NCBI GenBank assembly: GCA_051874735.1
Contig: JBJEGD010000035.1
Location: 1 to 64,000 of the forward strand
Length of the DNA: 64,000 nucleotides
Source of the DNA: Candidatus Bruticola sp.
GTDB lineage: Bacteria; Vulcanimicrobiota; Xenobia; Xenobiales; Xenobiaceae
Direction: 5' to 3'
In this document: positions 19,883-29,916 of the stretch, piece after piece
Layout: each line of letters begins with the position of its first letter
Position numbering within the stretch: the first letter of the stretch is position 1
Made by a program: the position numbers and the translations under genes
Notes under the pieces: generated by a model
What the model saw: only the letters and a program-made list of their open reading frames with translations
What the model was told of the DNA's origin: nothing
Databases searched by the model: none

Positions 19883-20290
19883 TGCATGATCTCCTTATAT
19901 TTTTTATGTATATATTAGTAGTAGAAAAAACTCCGGAGTTTCCGTACGCCTGCCTGCTCGCCCTTAAGTTCAGATTAAGCTATCCAAAGTTTCCTTAAAC
20001 TGATCTTTTACAACCTTGAAGCAGCGCATACTACTTACCGGAACATGTGACACTACCGGCAGAGGAGCTTCACTTCCTGCCGGAAGCTCGCTAAAAGCAG
20101 ACTATATCTGCTAAAAAAACAACTCAAATAACTTTGACGCGGCTTAACTTCTTCTCTTATTCTGGTTCCCCTTCAATAAGAGCTAATTTTTTAAGAAAAA
20201 AGCAGCTCTTTTATCTATTCAAGAGAAAAACAGGCAAAAATTTTAACCCAACCGTGCCCGGAACAGCCGTAATCTCTCCCTATAATTTAG

Positions 20291-21091
20291 TTAAAGCTCA
20301 AAAGATTCTAAATCGTTGGGTACAAAAAGATGACCGCTAAAATAGCGGAGGCCTTCTGCCAAGTATAAGCTCTTTCGCTGACTTATGTTTCTATCTTCTG
20401 TATGATAAAGAATTAAATTTTTCGCTCTTAAGCTCTCTGCTAACTGGCAGGCCTCTTTAACTGTAGAATGGTGCTTTTGGTGCGGTTTGAATATATCGCT
20501 TTGACTATCTAAACAGAAAGCCTCATGGAGCATCCACTTGCTGTTTTGAGCATATTTCCTTCCGTTTTCACTGCAAGGTTCATCGCCGCAGCAAGTTAAA
20601 TGACCGCCTTTTTCTAAATCTATAGTGAAGCCAAACTGCTCTGCTTTCTTAGAATAGATATCGAAAAAACGAACTTGACTGTCTAAAAGATTGAGGCATT
20701 GGCCGTCAGATATCTCTATAAAATGGAGGTTTTTATCTATATGTTTAGTCTCTTTCGGAGTGAAGAGCTGAGCAGATAAAGCTCGCAGAGTATCGATCGT
20801 ATCTTTCCCTCCGTAAATAGAAGCCTGACCGGTATACTGTCCCCGGTTTAGTCCCTGGCAAATAAAGCGGATTAGCCAGAGTATGCCCAAAATATGATCG
20901 AGATGTTTGTGAGTAACAAAAATAGTGCGCAAGTCCTGCCATTTCAGCTGAGCCTTTTTCAGCTGTTGAAAAAGGCTGTTGCCTCCGCCGCCGTCGACAA
21001 GCATATGCTCTGAACCTTTACTTAAAACGAAGCAGGTATTGAAGCATGAAGTTACACCGGCATTACCAGTGCCTAAAATAGTGAGTTTCAT
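20291..21091 (-). CDS. MBL-fold metallo-hydrolase, RNase Z/BN-like
   Basis: LTILGTG, LVDGGGG, THKHLDH, GD, HEA, HHST, LILYH. Confidence 0.85.
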   Translation of the reverse strand: MKLTILGTGNAGVTSCFNTCFVLSKGSEHMLVDGGGGNSLFQQLKKAQLKWQDLRTIFVTHKHLDHILGILWLIRFICQGLNRGQYTGQASIYGGKDTIDTLRALSAQLFTPKETKHIDKNLHFIEISDGQCLNLLDSQVRFFDIYSKKAEQFGFTIDLEKGGHLTCCGDEPCSENGRKYAQNSKWMLHEAFCLDSQSDIFKPHQKHHSTVKEACQLAESLRAKNLILYHTEDRNISQRKSLYLAEGLRYFSGHLFVPNDLESFEL

Positions 21092-21117
21092 TATTATCCT
21101 TAAAGTTAATTGAAAGG

Positions 21118-22246
21118 TTAGGAAGCGTCGCTGGTTTGAGGGTCGCGCCCTAAGCGAGCTCGGGCTTGAAGCCAGCTGTGCATGAAACCGTCTAAATCGC
21201 CCTTTAAAACGCCATTAACATCGGCATTTTCGAAGCCCGTGCGCCTATCTTTTACCATGGTGTAAGGATGGACTACGTAGTTGCGTATTTGATTGGCCCA
21301 GGCAGCTTCGCGGTTTTCACCTTTTACATTATCTAGCGTATCTTGACGCTGTTCGCGTTTGAGCTCTAAAAGTTTAGATTTGAGCATACGCAGCGCCGTT
21401 TCTTTGTTAGAGTGTTGGGAACGCTCGTTTTGACAAGCAGCCACAGTTCCAGTGGGAATGTGAGTAATGCGCACTGCCGATTCCGTTTTGTTAACGTGCT
21501 GACCGCCAGCTCCTTGAGAACGATAAGTGTCTATTTTTAAGTCTTCGGGACGCAACTCTATATCGGCTTCTTCTGCCAACTCCGGAATTACTTCTACTTT
21601 GGCAAAAGAAGTATGGCGGCGATGGGCTGCATCGTAAGGAGAAATGCGCACCAAGCGGTGGACGCCATGTTCAGAACTGAGCATACCGAAGGGGAAGAAG
21701 CCCTCGACAATCAGGCTAGCTGAGTGTATGCCATCTTCTTCGGCTGGTGAATACTCCGCTAAAGTTACTTTGTATCCTTCTGTCTCGGCCCATCGCATGT
21801 ACATGCGCAGTAGCATTTCTGTCCAATCTTGGGCATCTACACCGCCGGCACCGGCGTGTAAAGTTACAATAGCTGAAGCTCTGTCGTAAGGACCATTCAA
21901 TAAAGATATAGTTTCCGCTCTCTCTAAACGATGCATAAGCTCATTGTAAAAATGCTGAGCTTCATCTATCTCTTCCTGATTGTCGGGAGAGGCCAAATCG
22001 GCAACAACTTCAGCTTCTTCTAAAGACTCGCTAAGCTCCTGCCATTGCTGTACGATAGTTTTGTACTGATTGAGCTCTTGAGTCAGTCGGCGGACCGTTT
22101 CGTTGTCCTCCCACACCTGACCAGAGCCGAACTGAGCCTCAATTTCTTGAATTTTGCGTTCGGAATTATCCAAGTCAAAGATAGTCGCGCATGCGTTCTA
22201 CGCGGGCGCGGGCTTCGCTTAAAGGTTCAGCAAACTGGGACAGCAT
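21118..22246 (-). CDS. prfB: Peptide chain release factor 2, with programmed +1 frameshift (join 22246-22178, 22176-21118)
   Basis: ATG 22246 after GGAAAGGA; MLSQFAEPLSEARARVERMRDYL, then CTT TGA C at 22180-22174; second frame has SPY (SPF-type motif), GAGGQHVNKT, QNERSQ; downstream of secA. Confidence 0.95.
22174..22180 (-). promoter_or_regulatory. prfB +1 frameshift site CTT-TGA-C
   Basis: Plus-strand gtcaaag = CTTTGAC, in frame with ATG 22246 (codon 23). Confidence 0.92.
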
Positions 22247-22292
22247 AACGAAGTTTGTTTCCTTTCCAAAAAATAGGGAGCAATTTAACAGC

Positions 22293-22334
22293 TAAGCCCG
22301 CCGCCAAGCTCAGGGCTCGAGCTAAACGGGCTTA
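22293..22334. other. Intergenic hairpin between secA and prfB
   Basis: taagcccg/cgggctta arms enclosing an inner agctc/gagct hairpin; no clear U-tract. Confidence 0.45.
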
Positions 22335-22379
22335 ATAGCTCGTAACGTTTGCAAGAAAGATTGTACAGTACCTACTGTT

Positions 22380-24971
22380 TTATCTCTCTTCAGGATAATG
22401 GCACTTCTTCCATTTCTTACCGCTGCCGCACCAGCAGGGATCGTTGCGCCCAAGTTTGGCTCCAGTGCGTTTAATGGGCTCCTGAGGAAGTTCGTTGTCT
22501 CTGTTGGTGGCGGTAATACGCATAGTTTCTTTTTGCTCTATCTGTTCAGGTTCGCGCACTTCAACGCGGAAGAGATAATGCAGAGTGTCGTCGCGCAGGC
22601 GGCGTTTAAGGCTGTCGAACTCTTCAGAAGCTTCGCGAATAAACTCTACTTGAGGATCTTTTTGACCGTAGCCGCGCAAATGGATGCCTTCACGCAACAA
22701 TTCAATATTGCTTAAATGCTCAATCCATTTCTCATCGGTTACTTTAAGTAAGGTAAAGCGTTCCAAATCGCTCATTAAAGCATCGCCTAAAGTTGCAACT
22801 TTTTTGTCGTAAACCTGGCGCAGCCATCCTACTATAGTTTTCTTAATCTCGTTAATAAGTTTGCCACCTAAATCGGCTTTAGTGACACCTTCAGGCAAAG
22901 TCAGCTGCTCATGCAAAGTTACCATCAGGCCGTCGAAATCCCAATCTTCAGGTCTGACGCTTTCATGCATATGCATATCAACTATATCACTGACGGCATC
23001 TTCAATGAATCCGTATATAGTGCTGCGCAGTCCTTTACCTTCCAATATCTTGTCGCGGTCCGCATAAATGACGCGCCGCTGCTCGTTCATAGTGTCGTCG
23101 TATTTCAGAACGTTTTTGCGGATCTCGAAATGGTGGCTCTCTACTTTTGTCTGAGCATTTTCTATGCCTCGAGTAATTAATACGTTCTCAATAACTTCAT
23201 CTTCTAGGCCGAGAGAGTCCATCAGACTGCGGATGCGGTCGCTGGCAAACAAGCGCATAAGTTCGTCGTCGAGAGCCACGTAAAAACGTGAAGCTCCCGG
23301 ATCTCCTTGACGTCCGGCACGGCCGCGCAGCTGATTGTCAATGCGGCGCGATTCATGGCGCTCTGTGCCTAAAATGTAAAGGCCTCCGGCCTCGCGTACT
23401 TTAGCTTCTTCTTCTGCGTTGGGGGGATCGCCTCCCAACTTAATATCTACTCCTCGTCCGGCCATGTTGGTAGCGATAGTGACCGCTCCCAGACGTCCGG
23501 CCTGAGCAATAATGTGAGCCTCTTTTTCGTGATATTTGGCGTTGAGAACATTGTGCTTAATGCCCATCTTGGTGAGCAGCTGGCTGAGCTCTTCTGATTT
23601 TTCAATAGAGCGTGTACCTACCAAGATAGGCTGCCCTTTGGCATGGCGTTCAGCTATATCTGCGCAAACAGCTTTAAATTTATACTTTTCATTTTTATAA
23701 ACCTGATCGGGCAAGTCTATGCGGGCAACCTTAACATTAGTCGGAATAACCACTACGTCGAGATCGTAAATTTCGCGGAATTCCCGCTCTTCAGTCAGAG
23801 CGGTGCCCGTCATGCCTGCCAGTTTACCATAAAGTTTAAAATAATTCTGGAAAGTAATCGTGGCTAAAGTTTGATCCTCTTGACGTACTTTGACGCCTTC
23901 TTTAGCTTCGATAGCTTGGTGCAGGCCGTCGGAATAGCGGCGTCCGAACATTAAACGACCAGTAAACTCATCAACTATGACAATTTCACCGCCTTTTATG
24001 ACATATTCTATGTCGTTGCGGTAGCACTCTTTGGCTCGGAGAGCGTTGTCTATAAAATGAGCTGTTTCCATGTTATCCGGATCGAAGAGGTTGCGCAGCC
24101 CCAACAGCTGCTCAACTTTAGCCACGCCTTCTTCTGTTAAGGGAGCGGTTTTTGACTTCTCCTCTACGGTGTAATGGACATCTTTTTTAAGTTCGCGAGC
24201 TACTTGCGCATAGCGTCCGTACATATTGGTTGCGCCGGTGCCGCGACCAGAAATAATTAAAGGAGTACGAGCTTCGTCGATTAGAATAGAGTCGACTTCG
24301 TCTACTATAGCAAAGTTTAACTCGCGCTGCACGCGCTGATCCAAGTCCATAACCATATTGTCGCGCAGATAGTCGAAACCGTACTCATTGTTGGTGCCGT
24401 AGGTAATGTCGGCTTCATAGGCTTGACGGCGCGGAACGGGACGGAGATGTTCAGTGCTCTCATCGCCTGTTTCAATTTCCGGATCGTATAAATAAGCTGT
24501 ATCGTGATTAATAATACCTACAGACAGGCCCAAAAAATGATAAATAGGAGCCATCCAGCGACCGTCGCGTTTGGCTAAATAATCGTTGACTGTAACGACA
24601 TGTACTCCACGCCCAGTCAGGGAATTGAGGTATACGGGGCTAGTAGCTACCAAGGTTTTACCTTCGCCCGTTTTCATTTCGGCAATGCGTCCCTGATGGA
24701 GTACAATACCGCCGATCATTTGGACGTCGTAATGGCGCAGACCTAAGGTGCGTTTGGAAGCTTCGCGCACAGCCGCGAAAGCTTCGGGCAAAATGTCGTC
24801 GAGAGTTTCTTTCTCTTTTAAGCGTTTGCGAAATTCATCAGTAAGAGCGCGAAGCTCCTCATCTGAACAGCTCTTCATTTTATCTTCAAAGCTGTTTATT
24901 TTCTTGACGACCTTGCGGATCTTATTCAGTTCTCGCTCGTTGGGGTCGAAAAGCCACTCAATGAATCCCAT
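22380..24971 (-). CDS. secA: Preprotein translocase ATPase SecA
   Basis: EMKTGEGKT, VNDYLA, DEVDSILIDEARTPL, ATNMAGRG, RRIDNQLRGRAGRQG, SEC-C motif GRNDPCWCGSGKKWKKCH. Confidence 0.99.
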   Translation of the reverse strand: MGFIEWLFDPNERELNKIRKVVKKINSFEDKMKSCSDEELRALTDEFRKRLKEKETLDDILPEAFAAVREASKRTLGLRHYDVQMIGGIVLHQGRIAEMKTGEGKTLVATSPVYLNSLTGRGVHVVTVNDYLAKRDGRWMAPIYHFLGLSVGIINHDTAYLYDPEIETGDESTEHLRPVPRRQAYEADITYGTNNEYGFDYLRDNMVMDLDQRVQRELNFAIVDEVDSILIDEARTPLIISGRGTGATNMYGRYAQVARELKKDVHYTVEEKSKTAPLTEEGVAKVEQLLGLRNLFDPDNMETAHFIDNALRAKECYRNDIEYVIKGGEIVIVDEFTGRLMFGRRYSDGLHQAIEAKEGVKVRQEDQTLATITFQNYFKLYGKLAGMTGTALTEEREFREIYDLDVVVIPTNVKVARIDLPDQVYKNEKYKFKAVCADIAERHAKGQPILVGTRSIEKSEELSQLLTKMGIKHNVLNAKYHEKEAHIIAQAGRLGAVTIATNMAGRGVDIKLGGDPPNAEEEAKVREAGGLYILGTERHESRRIDNQLRGRAGRQGDPGASRFYVALDDELMRLFASDRIRSLMDSLGLEDEVIENVLITRGIENAQTKVESHHFEIRKNVLKYDDTMNEQRRVIYADRDKILEGKGLRSTIYGFIEDAVSDIVDMHMHESVRPEDWDFDGLMVTLHEQLTLPEGVTKADLGGKLINEIKKTIVGWLRQVYDKKVATLGDALMSDLERFTLLKVTDEKWIEHLSNIELLREGIHLRGYGQKDPQVEFIREASEEFDSLKRRLRDDTLHYLFRVEVREPEQIEQKETMRITATNRDNELPQEPIKRTGAKLGRNDPCWCGSGKKWKKCHYPEER

Positions 24972-25241
24972 AATATCGCACTCCGATTTTATAAAAAACT
25001 AAAAATTTCGCAGTAGAAAAATTTGAATAAACCGCCTGGCGCCATTCTTATCCGGAGAGATAAAACTTGGTCTTGAAATAATTCTGGGCAAAGCAGTACT
25101 CTCAAAAACGCACTTAACGGCAGCTTATGAATTTTCTATCGCAAGCGCCTGCTTCCTCCGCTGTACATATATGTTTTATGTCTGCGCTGTATAAGCGTTG
25201 CGTTTGCATTTTGTTTTCATAAAAATGGCATAGAATAAGTT

Positions 25242-26555
25242 TTAATCTTGTTTGTTGCAGTCCAATACTTCTTTATGAAAGACCGTTTTCCACTGTATAT
25301 AGGTGATCATAGCGCCGCCTACGGCAAAACATAAAATTAACAAACTTTCCATAAAGGTCATACCCCAGCGTTGAGTAAAAAAGCCCTGCAGAGCCGCAAT
25401 AACGCTCATCGCCCCCCAAGCAGTAAAAGTATTTAAAGAACCGAAAGCCGTTTTATCTCCTATACTGGGGAACATATCGGGTACACTTATGACTAGAGCC
25501 ATAGAGTAAATCCTATCCAAGGTCATGAAGACGGCTATAGCGCCTACAGCAACCTGCACATTTAGCTGTCCGTAAATGAACACAGGCAACAAAAAGAGCG
25601 AAAAGATTATACTTACCAAAAAAGTCGAGCGGTGTCCGAAGCGTTTTATAATGCTGTTAGTAAAAAAATTAATAATGCAGTCAGCTAGTCCAATAATAAA
25701 CAGCGCTAAACTAACTTCTTTTATATCGAGCTTATAGTGAAATGGAAACCAAAGACCACAAAGAGAGTAGAAGCCAAAATAGGCCATGCGATTTATTAAG
25801 GAGCCTAGATAGTAGGTAACTGCATGGGGGACGGACAAGGCTTTTATATACGGTTCAATAACAGCTCGACCTATTGAACCGAAACTGCTCAAAGTAAGTC
25901 GGCTGCATAAGGGTGAAGTTGAGGCCTTAATATTGGAATCGGTTGAGACTCGCTCTGAGTCTTCGGCAGTAGGCCGATTTGCGGCTGCTTCTTTGCCTAG
26001 GTCTGCAGGGGGGGAAGGATAAAACCAAGCTAAAGCCAAGCCGCTGACAGCAGTAAGCGCGGCAATAATAAAAATAGGTAAGCGCCAATTAAATTCCGAT
26101 GTTAAAAGGCCAGCTAAAGGTACTCCCAGCGCGGTCGCCAGAGGACGGGCTGACATAAGAACCGCAATCATAGCGGGAAAGTAAGCTTTAGAAACTCCGT
26201 GGAAGGTCAAACTCCACATCACTGAAGCGGTAAAGCCTGCTCCTAATCCGGAGAGGGTGCGCAAAACTAGCCCCATTTCAAAAGAAGAAGAGCAGGCGAA
26301 AGCTATTTGAGTGACAGACAGGAGCAAGGTGCACCAAAAGAGTAGGCGACTCGATTTAAAAGCTGAAACTAGCGAAGGGCCGAAAAGTAGTCCTGCCACC
26401 GTGCCGCCGGTACAAAACGATATAAAGAGCAGCACCGTATGCGCTTGTACTTGAAAGCTTTGACCAATTGTGTCCGCCATTGGAGAAATGGCGTTGTCGA
26501 TTGAATTGAAAGCGAAAATTAAAATAAAAGCAAGGACGACAACGACTCTTTCCAT
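25242..26555 (-). CDS. MFS transporter (efflux-type)
   Basis: About 12 hydrophobic segments, LRTLSGLGAG, GVPLAG...WRLPIF, central hydrophilic loop. Confidence 0.85.
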   Translation of the reverse strand: MERVVVVLAFILIFAFNSIDNAISPMADTIGQSFQVQAHTVLLFISFCTGGTVAGLLFGPSLVSAFKSSRLLFWCTLLLSVTQIAFACSSSFEMGLVLRTLSGLGAGFTASVMWSLTFHGVSKAYFPAMIAVLMSARPLATALGVPLAGLLTSEFNWRLPIFIIAALTAVSGLALAWFYPSPPADLGKEAAANRPTAEDSERVSTDSNIKASTSPLCSRLTLSSFGSIGRAVIEPYIKALSVPHAVTYYLGSLINRMAYFGFYSLCGLWFPFHYKLDIKEVSLALFIIGLADCIINFFTNSIIKRFGHRSTFLVSIIFSLFLLPVFIYGQLNVQVAVGAIAVFMTLDRIYSMALVISVPDMFPSIGDKTAFGSLNTFTAWGAMSVIAALQGFFTQRWGMTFMESLLILCFAVGGAMITYIQWKTVFHKEVLDCNKQD

Positions 26556-26593
26556 TTTGTTCCCTAACTTTTTATAAAATAAGATTTGTACGT

Positions 26594-27895
26594 CTACTGT
26601 ATAGCTGCTGCGGCCATAGTTAGCGCTGACTCTACATATCGCTTGTTAGGGCCCAGAGCGGCTAAAGCTGTGTGGCCGCAGGCCGGCGGAGAAGTTACGA
26701 GCAGTCCGCATCTGTCTCCTTTTTTGCGCAGAAGAAGGGGAGTGCCTTCGCAAGTTAAGGAACTCAACTTTGACAGCAGCTGATCGGTATTATTAAGTGA
26801 AGTACTTATCTTTTCTCGGGAACTTATATAAAGTTTTTTCCATTCGTCTCCGCACAGTTGTTTAGCTACTTCAAGTACGTAGCCCAGCCCGTTGTGACGG
26901 AAATTGCACTCTAAAAACATGGGCGTAAGTTCACCCGATGAGTTGCGCGTGAGGCCCCAGTCCATATTTAGATAGCCTCTGGCTCCAGTGGCGCTTATCG
27001 CCCTCCCTAGACTATCTATATTGCTATGCAGTCGTTTTAAAGTACTATCTTCTGAAGTTTCAGCCAGGATCGCCGGAGAGTCGAAGCCGCACCAGCCGCC
27101 GTCTTGATCAAAAACTTGACTGTCTAAGCCGATAAAGTGGCTGCCTTCATTGTCAATAAAGTTCAGAGAACCACATACAGTTTCAAAGTTTATATAAGGT
27201 TCTACCAGAACTCGGCCGCCTCCGTACCAATGTTTAATGCGAGAACGCAGATATTGGGGGGGACCTGCCAAATTGCCAGCTCCGCCGGCCGATTGTACTT
27301 TGCGCAACATAAGTTTAGGTTCAGTATCGGCTGGGTGGTTAAATGTTTCATTGGCAACCTTGCAAATCGCTCTATCTAGACTTTCGTAAGAATCGGCACA
27401 CATGCCTAAGGGAACTTGGCAGCCAGCTCCAATAGCTAAAGCTTTGCAGAAGTCTTTGCTGTTTAGGTTTTCAATTAAACCTAAAGCGATATTTTGCTTG
27501 TCGGTGCCTCTGACTGGCAGACCAAGTTCGCGTCCTAGCTCTAAAATCGATTCCGTTTGAATATAAGGTTCTATCTCCCAATTGTCTTTTGGGCAGCGCT
27601 CTTTAATGGTGGCCCAAGCCTGAAGATCTGCTTTCAAACTGTCAGTCAACAGGCAGCTAGGAGCCATTTGTACTTTTATAATAGTCTCTTCTGGTCTCCC
27701 CAGCTCTAGTAGTGAGCATAAGTACTTTTGGAAAGCATAATCTATGTCAGTGGGGGTTACTAAAATGTCTCCCGGTTTTAGTGAACAGATAAAACGGGGA
27801 AAAACTTTGAGAGTTTTGCGCTTAAAAAAATTGGCGAAGCCGCCTTCGCTCGGTGGCATAACGCTTTCAGCATTGGGCAGAAATAATTTAGGCAT
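26594..27895 (-). CDS. ATP-grasp ligase, preATP-grasp / PGM1-like peptide ligase
   Basis: IEPYI, LNSKDF, K..SAGGAGN glycine loop, LVEPY, GYLNMDWG, FLECNFR (ExN metal-binding motif). Confidence 0.75.
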   Translation of the reverse strand: MPKLFLPNAESVMPPSEGGFANFFKRKTLKVFPRFICSLKPGDILVTPTDIDYAFQKYLCSLLELGRPEETIIKVQMAPSCLLTDSLKADLQAWATIKERCPKDNWEIEPYIQTESILELGRELGLPVRGTDKQNIALGLIENLNSKDFCKALAIGAGCQVPLGMCADSYESLDRAICKVANETFNHPADTEPKLMLRKVQSAGGAGNLAGPPQYLRSRIKHWYGGGRVLVEPYINFETVCGSLNFIDNEGSHFIGLDSQVFDQDGGWCGFDSPAILAETSEDSTLKRLHSNIDSLGRAISATGARGYLNMDWGLTRNSSGELTPMFLECNFRHNGLGYVLEVAKQLCGDEWKKLYISSREKISTSLNNTDQLLSKLSSLTCEGTPLLLRKKGDRCGLLVTSPPACGHTALAALGPNKRYVESALTMAAAAIQ

Positions 27896-28865
27896 AGAAT
27901 TTACCGTCGCATAGCATTTGACGTGGGTATTTGTTCAGATCGAGACCCTTTATACTCTTAAGAGAGCAGAGCACAAATTTGAAAGAGCGCTGCATAAGGG
28001 ATCTAGCTACTTTATCAACTGAAGCTAAAGCGACCTCGTTTTTCTGAGCGAAAGAATCTGTGTCATTCTGACCTGGCAGAATGCGGCGGCCAGTATCGAA
28101 GTTGTAGCGTGAAAGAATATCTTGCAAAGTTTCCGAGCTTAAAGCTTGGCGCATGTTGTCCATAATGCCGGGAGAGAAGAGTAAATAAGACCACATGATG
28201 CGTTTTAAATTGTATGTCTCTAACAGATCGAGAAATGGATACAGCGCTTCATCGCGATCATCGATTTGCGCTATAAACGGATCGAGATGAATTGTGGTCA
28301 GACATTTAGAGCGATTAATTTCACTGGCTGCTTCCAAACGAGTTTGTAGAGGCTGCAGTCCGCTGCTTAACTTGGCTAACGGATTCGGATTAAGCATTAC
28401 AGAAGGGCTAAAAGCTGCGTTATAGGAAAATTTTTCCGGATAGCTGGTAATGAGCTTAATAATTTCCTTGTCAGGCAGTCCCTTAGTGGTAATGATAATG
28501 CGCTTAATTTTAGAAGAGCATAGAATTTTCAAAATTTCTAAACTTAGGCCGCTAGCTACAAATTTAGGAGTAAAGATATCAGTATATCGCGACAACTTCA
28601 GGATATTTATGTCGCCTGAGTTACTTTCTTCGTAAATGCGGCGCATCAGTTCGTCTTCCGGATAAAGTAAGGCGGGATTAGCAAACTCGGTATTCAATTT
28701 TTTTAAAGTGCAGTTAACGGCTGTGCGTGATTTGGCGTAGCAGTAAGGGCAGTTGTGTTGGCAGCCTATCCAAGGTTCCAGGTAGTGGTATTTACCGTAC
28801 CAGCATGTTCCTAAAGATCCGGGAGCAAATAATTTAACGCTTTCTTCCATTATCTTGAGTCTCAC
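27888..28865 (-). CDS. Radical SAM protein, SPL (spore photoproduct lyase)-like family; start GTG 28865 or ATG 28850
   Basis: EPWIGCQHNCPYCYA (CX3CX2C), YTD, IITTKG, RLEAA, DPFI; 8-nt overlap with the ATP-grasp gene. Confidence 0.85.
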   Translation of the reverse strand: MRLKIMEESVKLFAPGSLGTCWYGKYHYLEPWIGCQHNCPYCYAKSRTAVNCTLKKLNTEFANPALLYPEDELMRRIYEESNSGDINILKLSRYTDIFTPKFVASGLSLEILKILCSSKIKRIIITTKGLPDKEIIKLITSYPEKFSYNAAFSPSVMLNPNPLAKLSSGLQPLQTRLEAASEINRSKCLTTIHLDPFIAQIDDRDEALYPFLDLLETYNLKRIMWSYLLFSPGIMDNMRQALSSETLQDILSRYNFDTGRRILPGQNDTDSFAQKNEVALASVDKVARSLMQRSFKFVLCSLKSIKGLDLNKYPRQMLCDGKFYA

Positions 28866-29135
28866 TTAAAAATTGATACTGTATTTTGTGTAATATTATA
28901 GGCAAATCAGAAAGTTGCCTAAGCTGAAGTTTCGATCTGTATAGACACCTATTCATCAAGGACTGGTGGTTAAAATATTAGATATATTCGATTACTGACT
29001 TATAATGTGAATGAGGCGCTTATGTGAAAAAACTCTGCTTATGAATATCGACCATATTGTTACACAAGCAAAGAATAGGTGCAACAACCTGCCAGCTACT
29101 GCTACCACTATGTCCTTTCTTTATGAACTTAGCTC

Positions 29136-29798
29136 TTACCGTTTTTGGGCCATTATGCCTCCGTAAAAGGAACATTTAGGCATTATATTAATTATGACAA
29201 ATCCAGCTTTATCTAAGCACTTCCGCCAGTATTCAAGGCCGCAAGGAAATTCGTTAAGGAAACTGTTCATGACGTCGTGTTCTTTTGTCGGCCAGGAGGT
29301 ATCGTAATATGTGGCGGCGTCTTCTTTGAGCTTTTCCCAGTTCTCGCTCAGTTGTTCCCGCTCAAAACTGAAAAAGATTCCGTCTTCAATGTATAGCAGA
29401 GCACCGGAGCGGAAGGCTGCTCCTACATTAGACATGAAAACAGCTTTTTCCCGATCTGTAAGATGATGCAGAGCTTTGCGAGAAAAACCTTTAGTGAAAA
29501 TATTCGGTTGCGGAAAATATTCGGTGAAAGGTGCTCGTATTAATTCTGTGTTGTCAAACATTCGCAAATTAGCCGCCGCTAGATCAATTTGCAAACCTGA
29601 TATATCTAATCCGAATACTTTTTGGGCTCGTGGCGCTGCCAAACGGAGCATATCCCCGTTGCCGCAGCCAAAATCGATGAAGGAATCGTTGGAGTTCAAT
29701 TCCAGCAGCTGCAGGCATTGCTGGAAATATTCATCTTCAGTAGTGTAATTTTCGTTGTAGTAACGGACATAGTCTTCGTTCAGCCAATTCTCTTCCAT
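29136..29798 (-). CDS. Class I SAM-dependent methyltransferase
   Basis: FIDFGCGNG, GLDIS, ALHHL motifs. Confidence 0.88.
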   Translation of the reverse strand: MEENWLNEDYVRYYNENYTTEDEYFQQCLQLLELNSNDSFIDFGCGNGDMLRLAAPRAQKVFGLDISGLQIDLAAANLRMFDNTELIRAPFTEYFPQPNIFTKGFSRKALHHLTDREKAVFMSNVGAAFRSGALLYIEDGIFFSFEREQLSENWEKLKEDAATYYDTSWPTKEHDVMNSFLNEFPCGLEYWRKCLDKAGFVIINIMPKCSFYGGIMAQKR

Positions 29799-29916
29799 AA
29801 ACAGCTTCCTTTAATTATCAAAAGTTTAAAGCCTGGTTTAGTACTTTCAATGCAGCTGCGCAGTAGTTCTGAAAGATGAAAGATTGCATAGTAATATCTT
29901 TCGTTCCGCATGAGGC

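Noticed and set aside
21118-22173. prfB as a truncated gene or pseudogene
   Set aside because: Explained by the programmed CTT-TGA-C frameshift with an upstream ATG and RBS
25114-25209. 31-aa Cys-containing minus-strand ORF (MQTQRLYSADIKHICTAEEAGACDRKFISCR) after the MFS gene, as a possible precursor peptide
   Set aside because: No RBS, lies in the likely secA promoter region, and the rSAM lacks SPASM/RRE features; kept only as a low-prior candidate
29041-29166. 41-aa plus-strand ORF between the rSAM and methyltransferase genes
   Set aside because: Opposite strand to the cluster, overlaps the MTase 3' end, no convincing RBS
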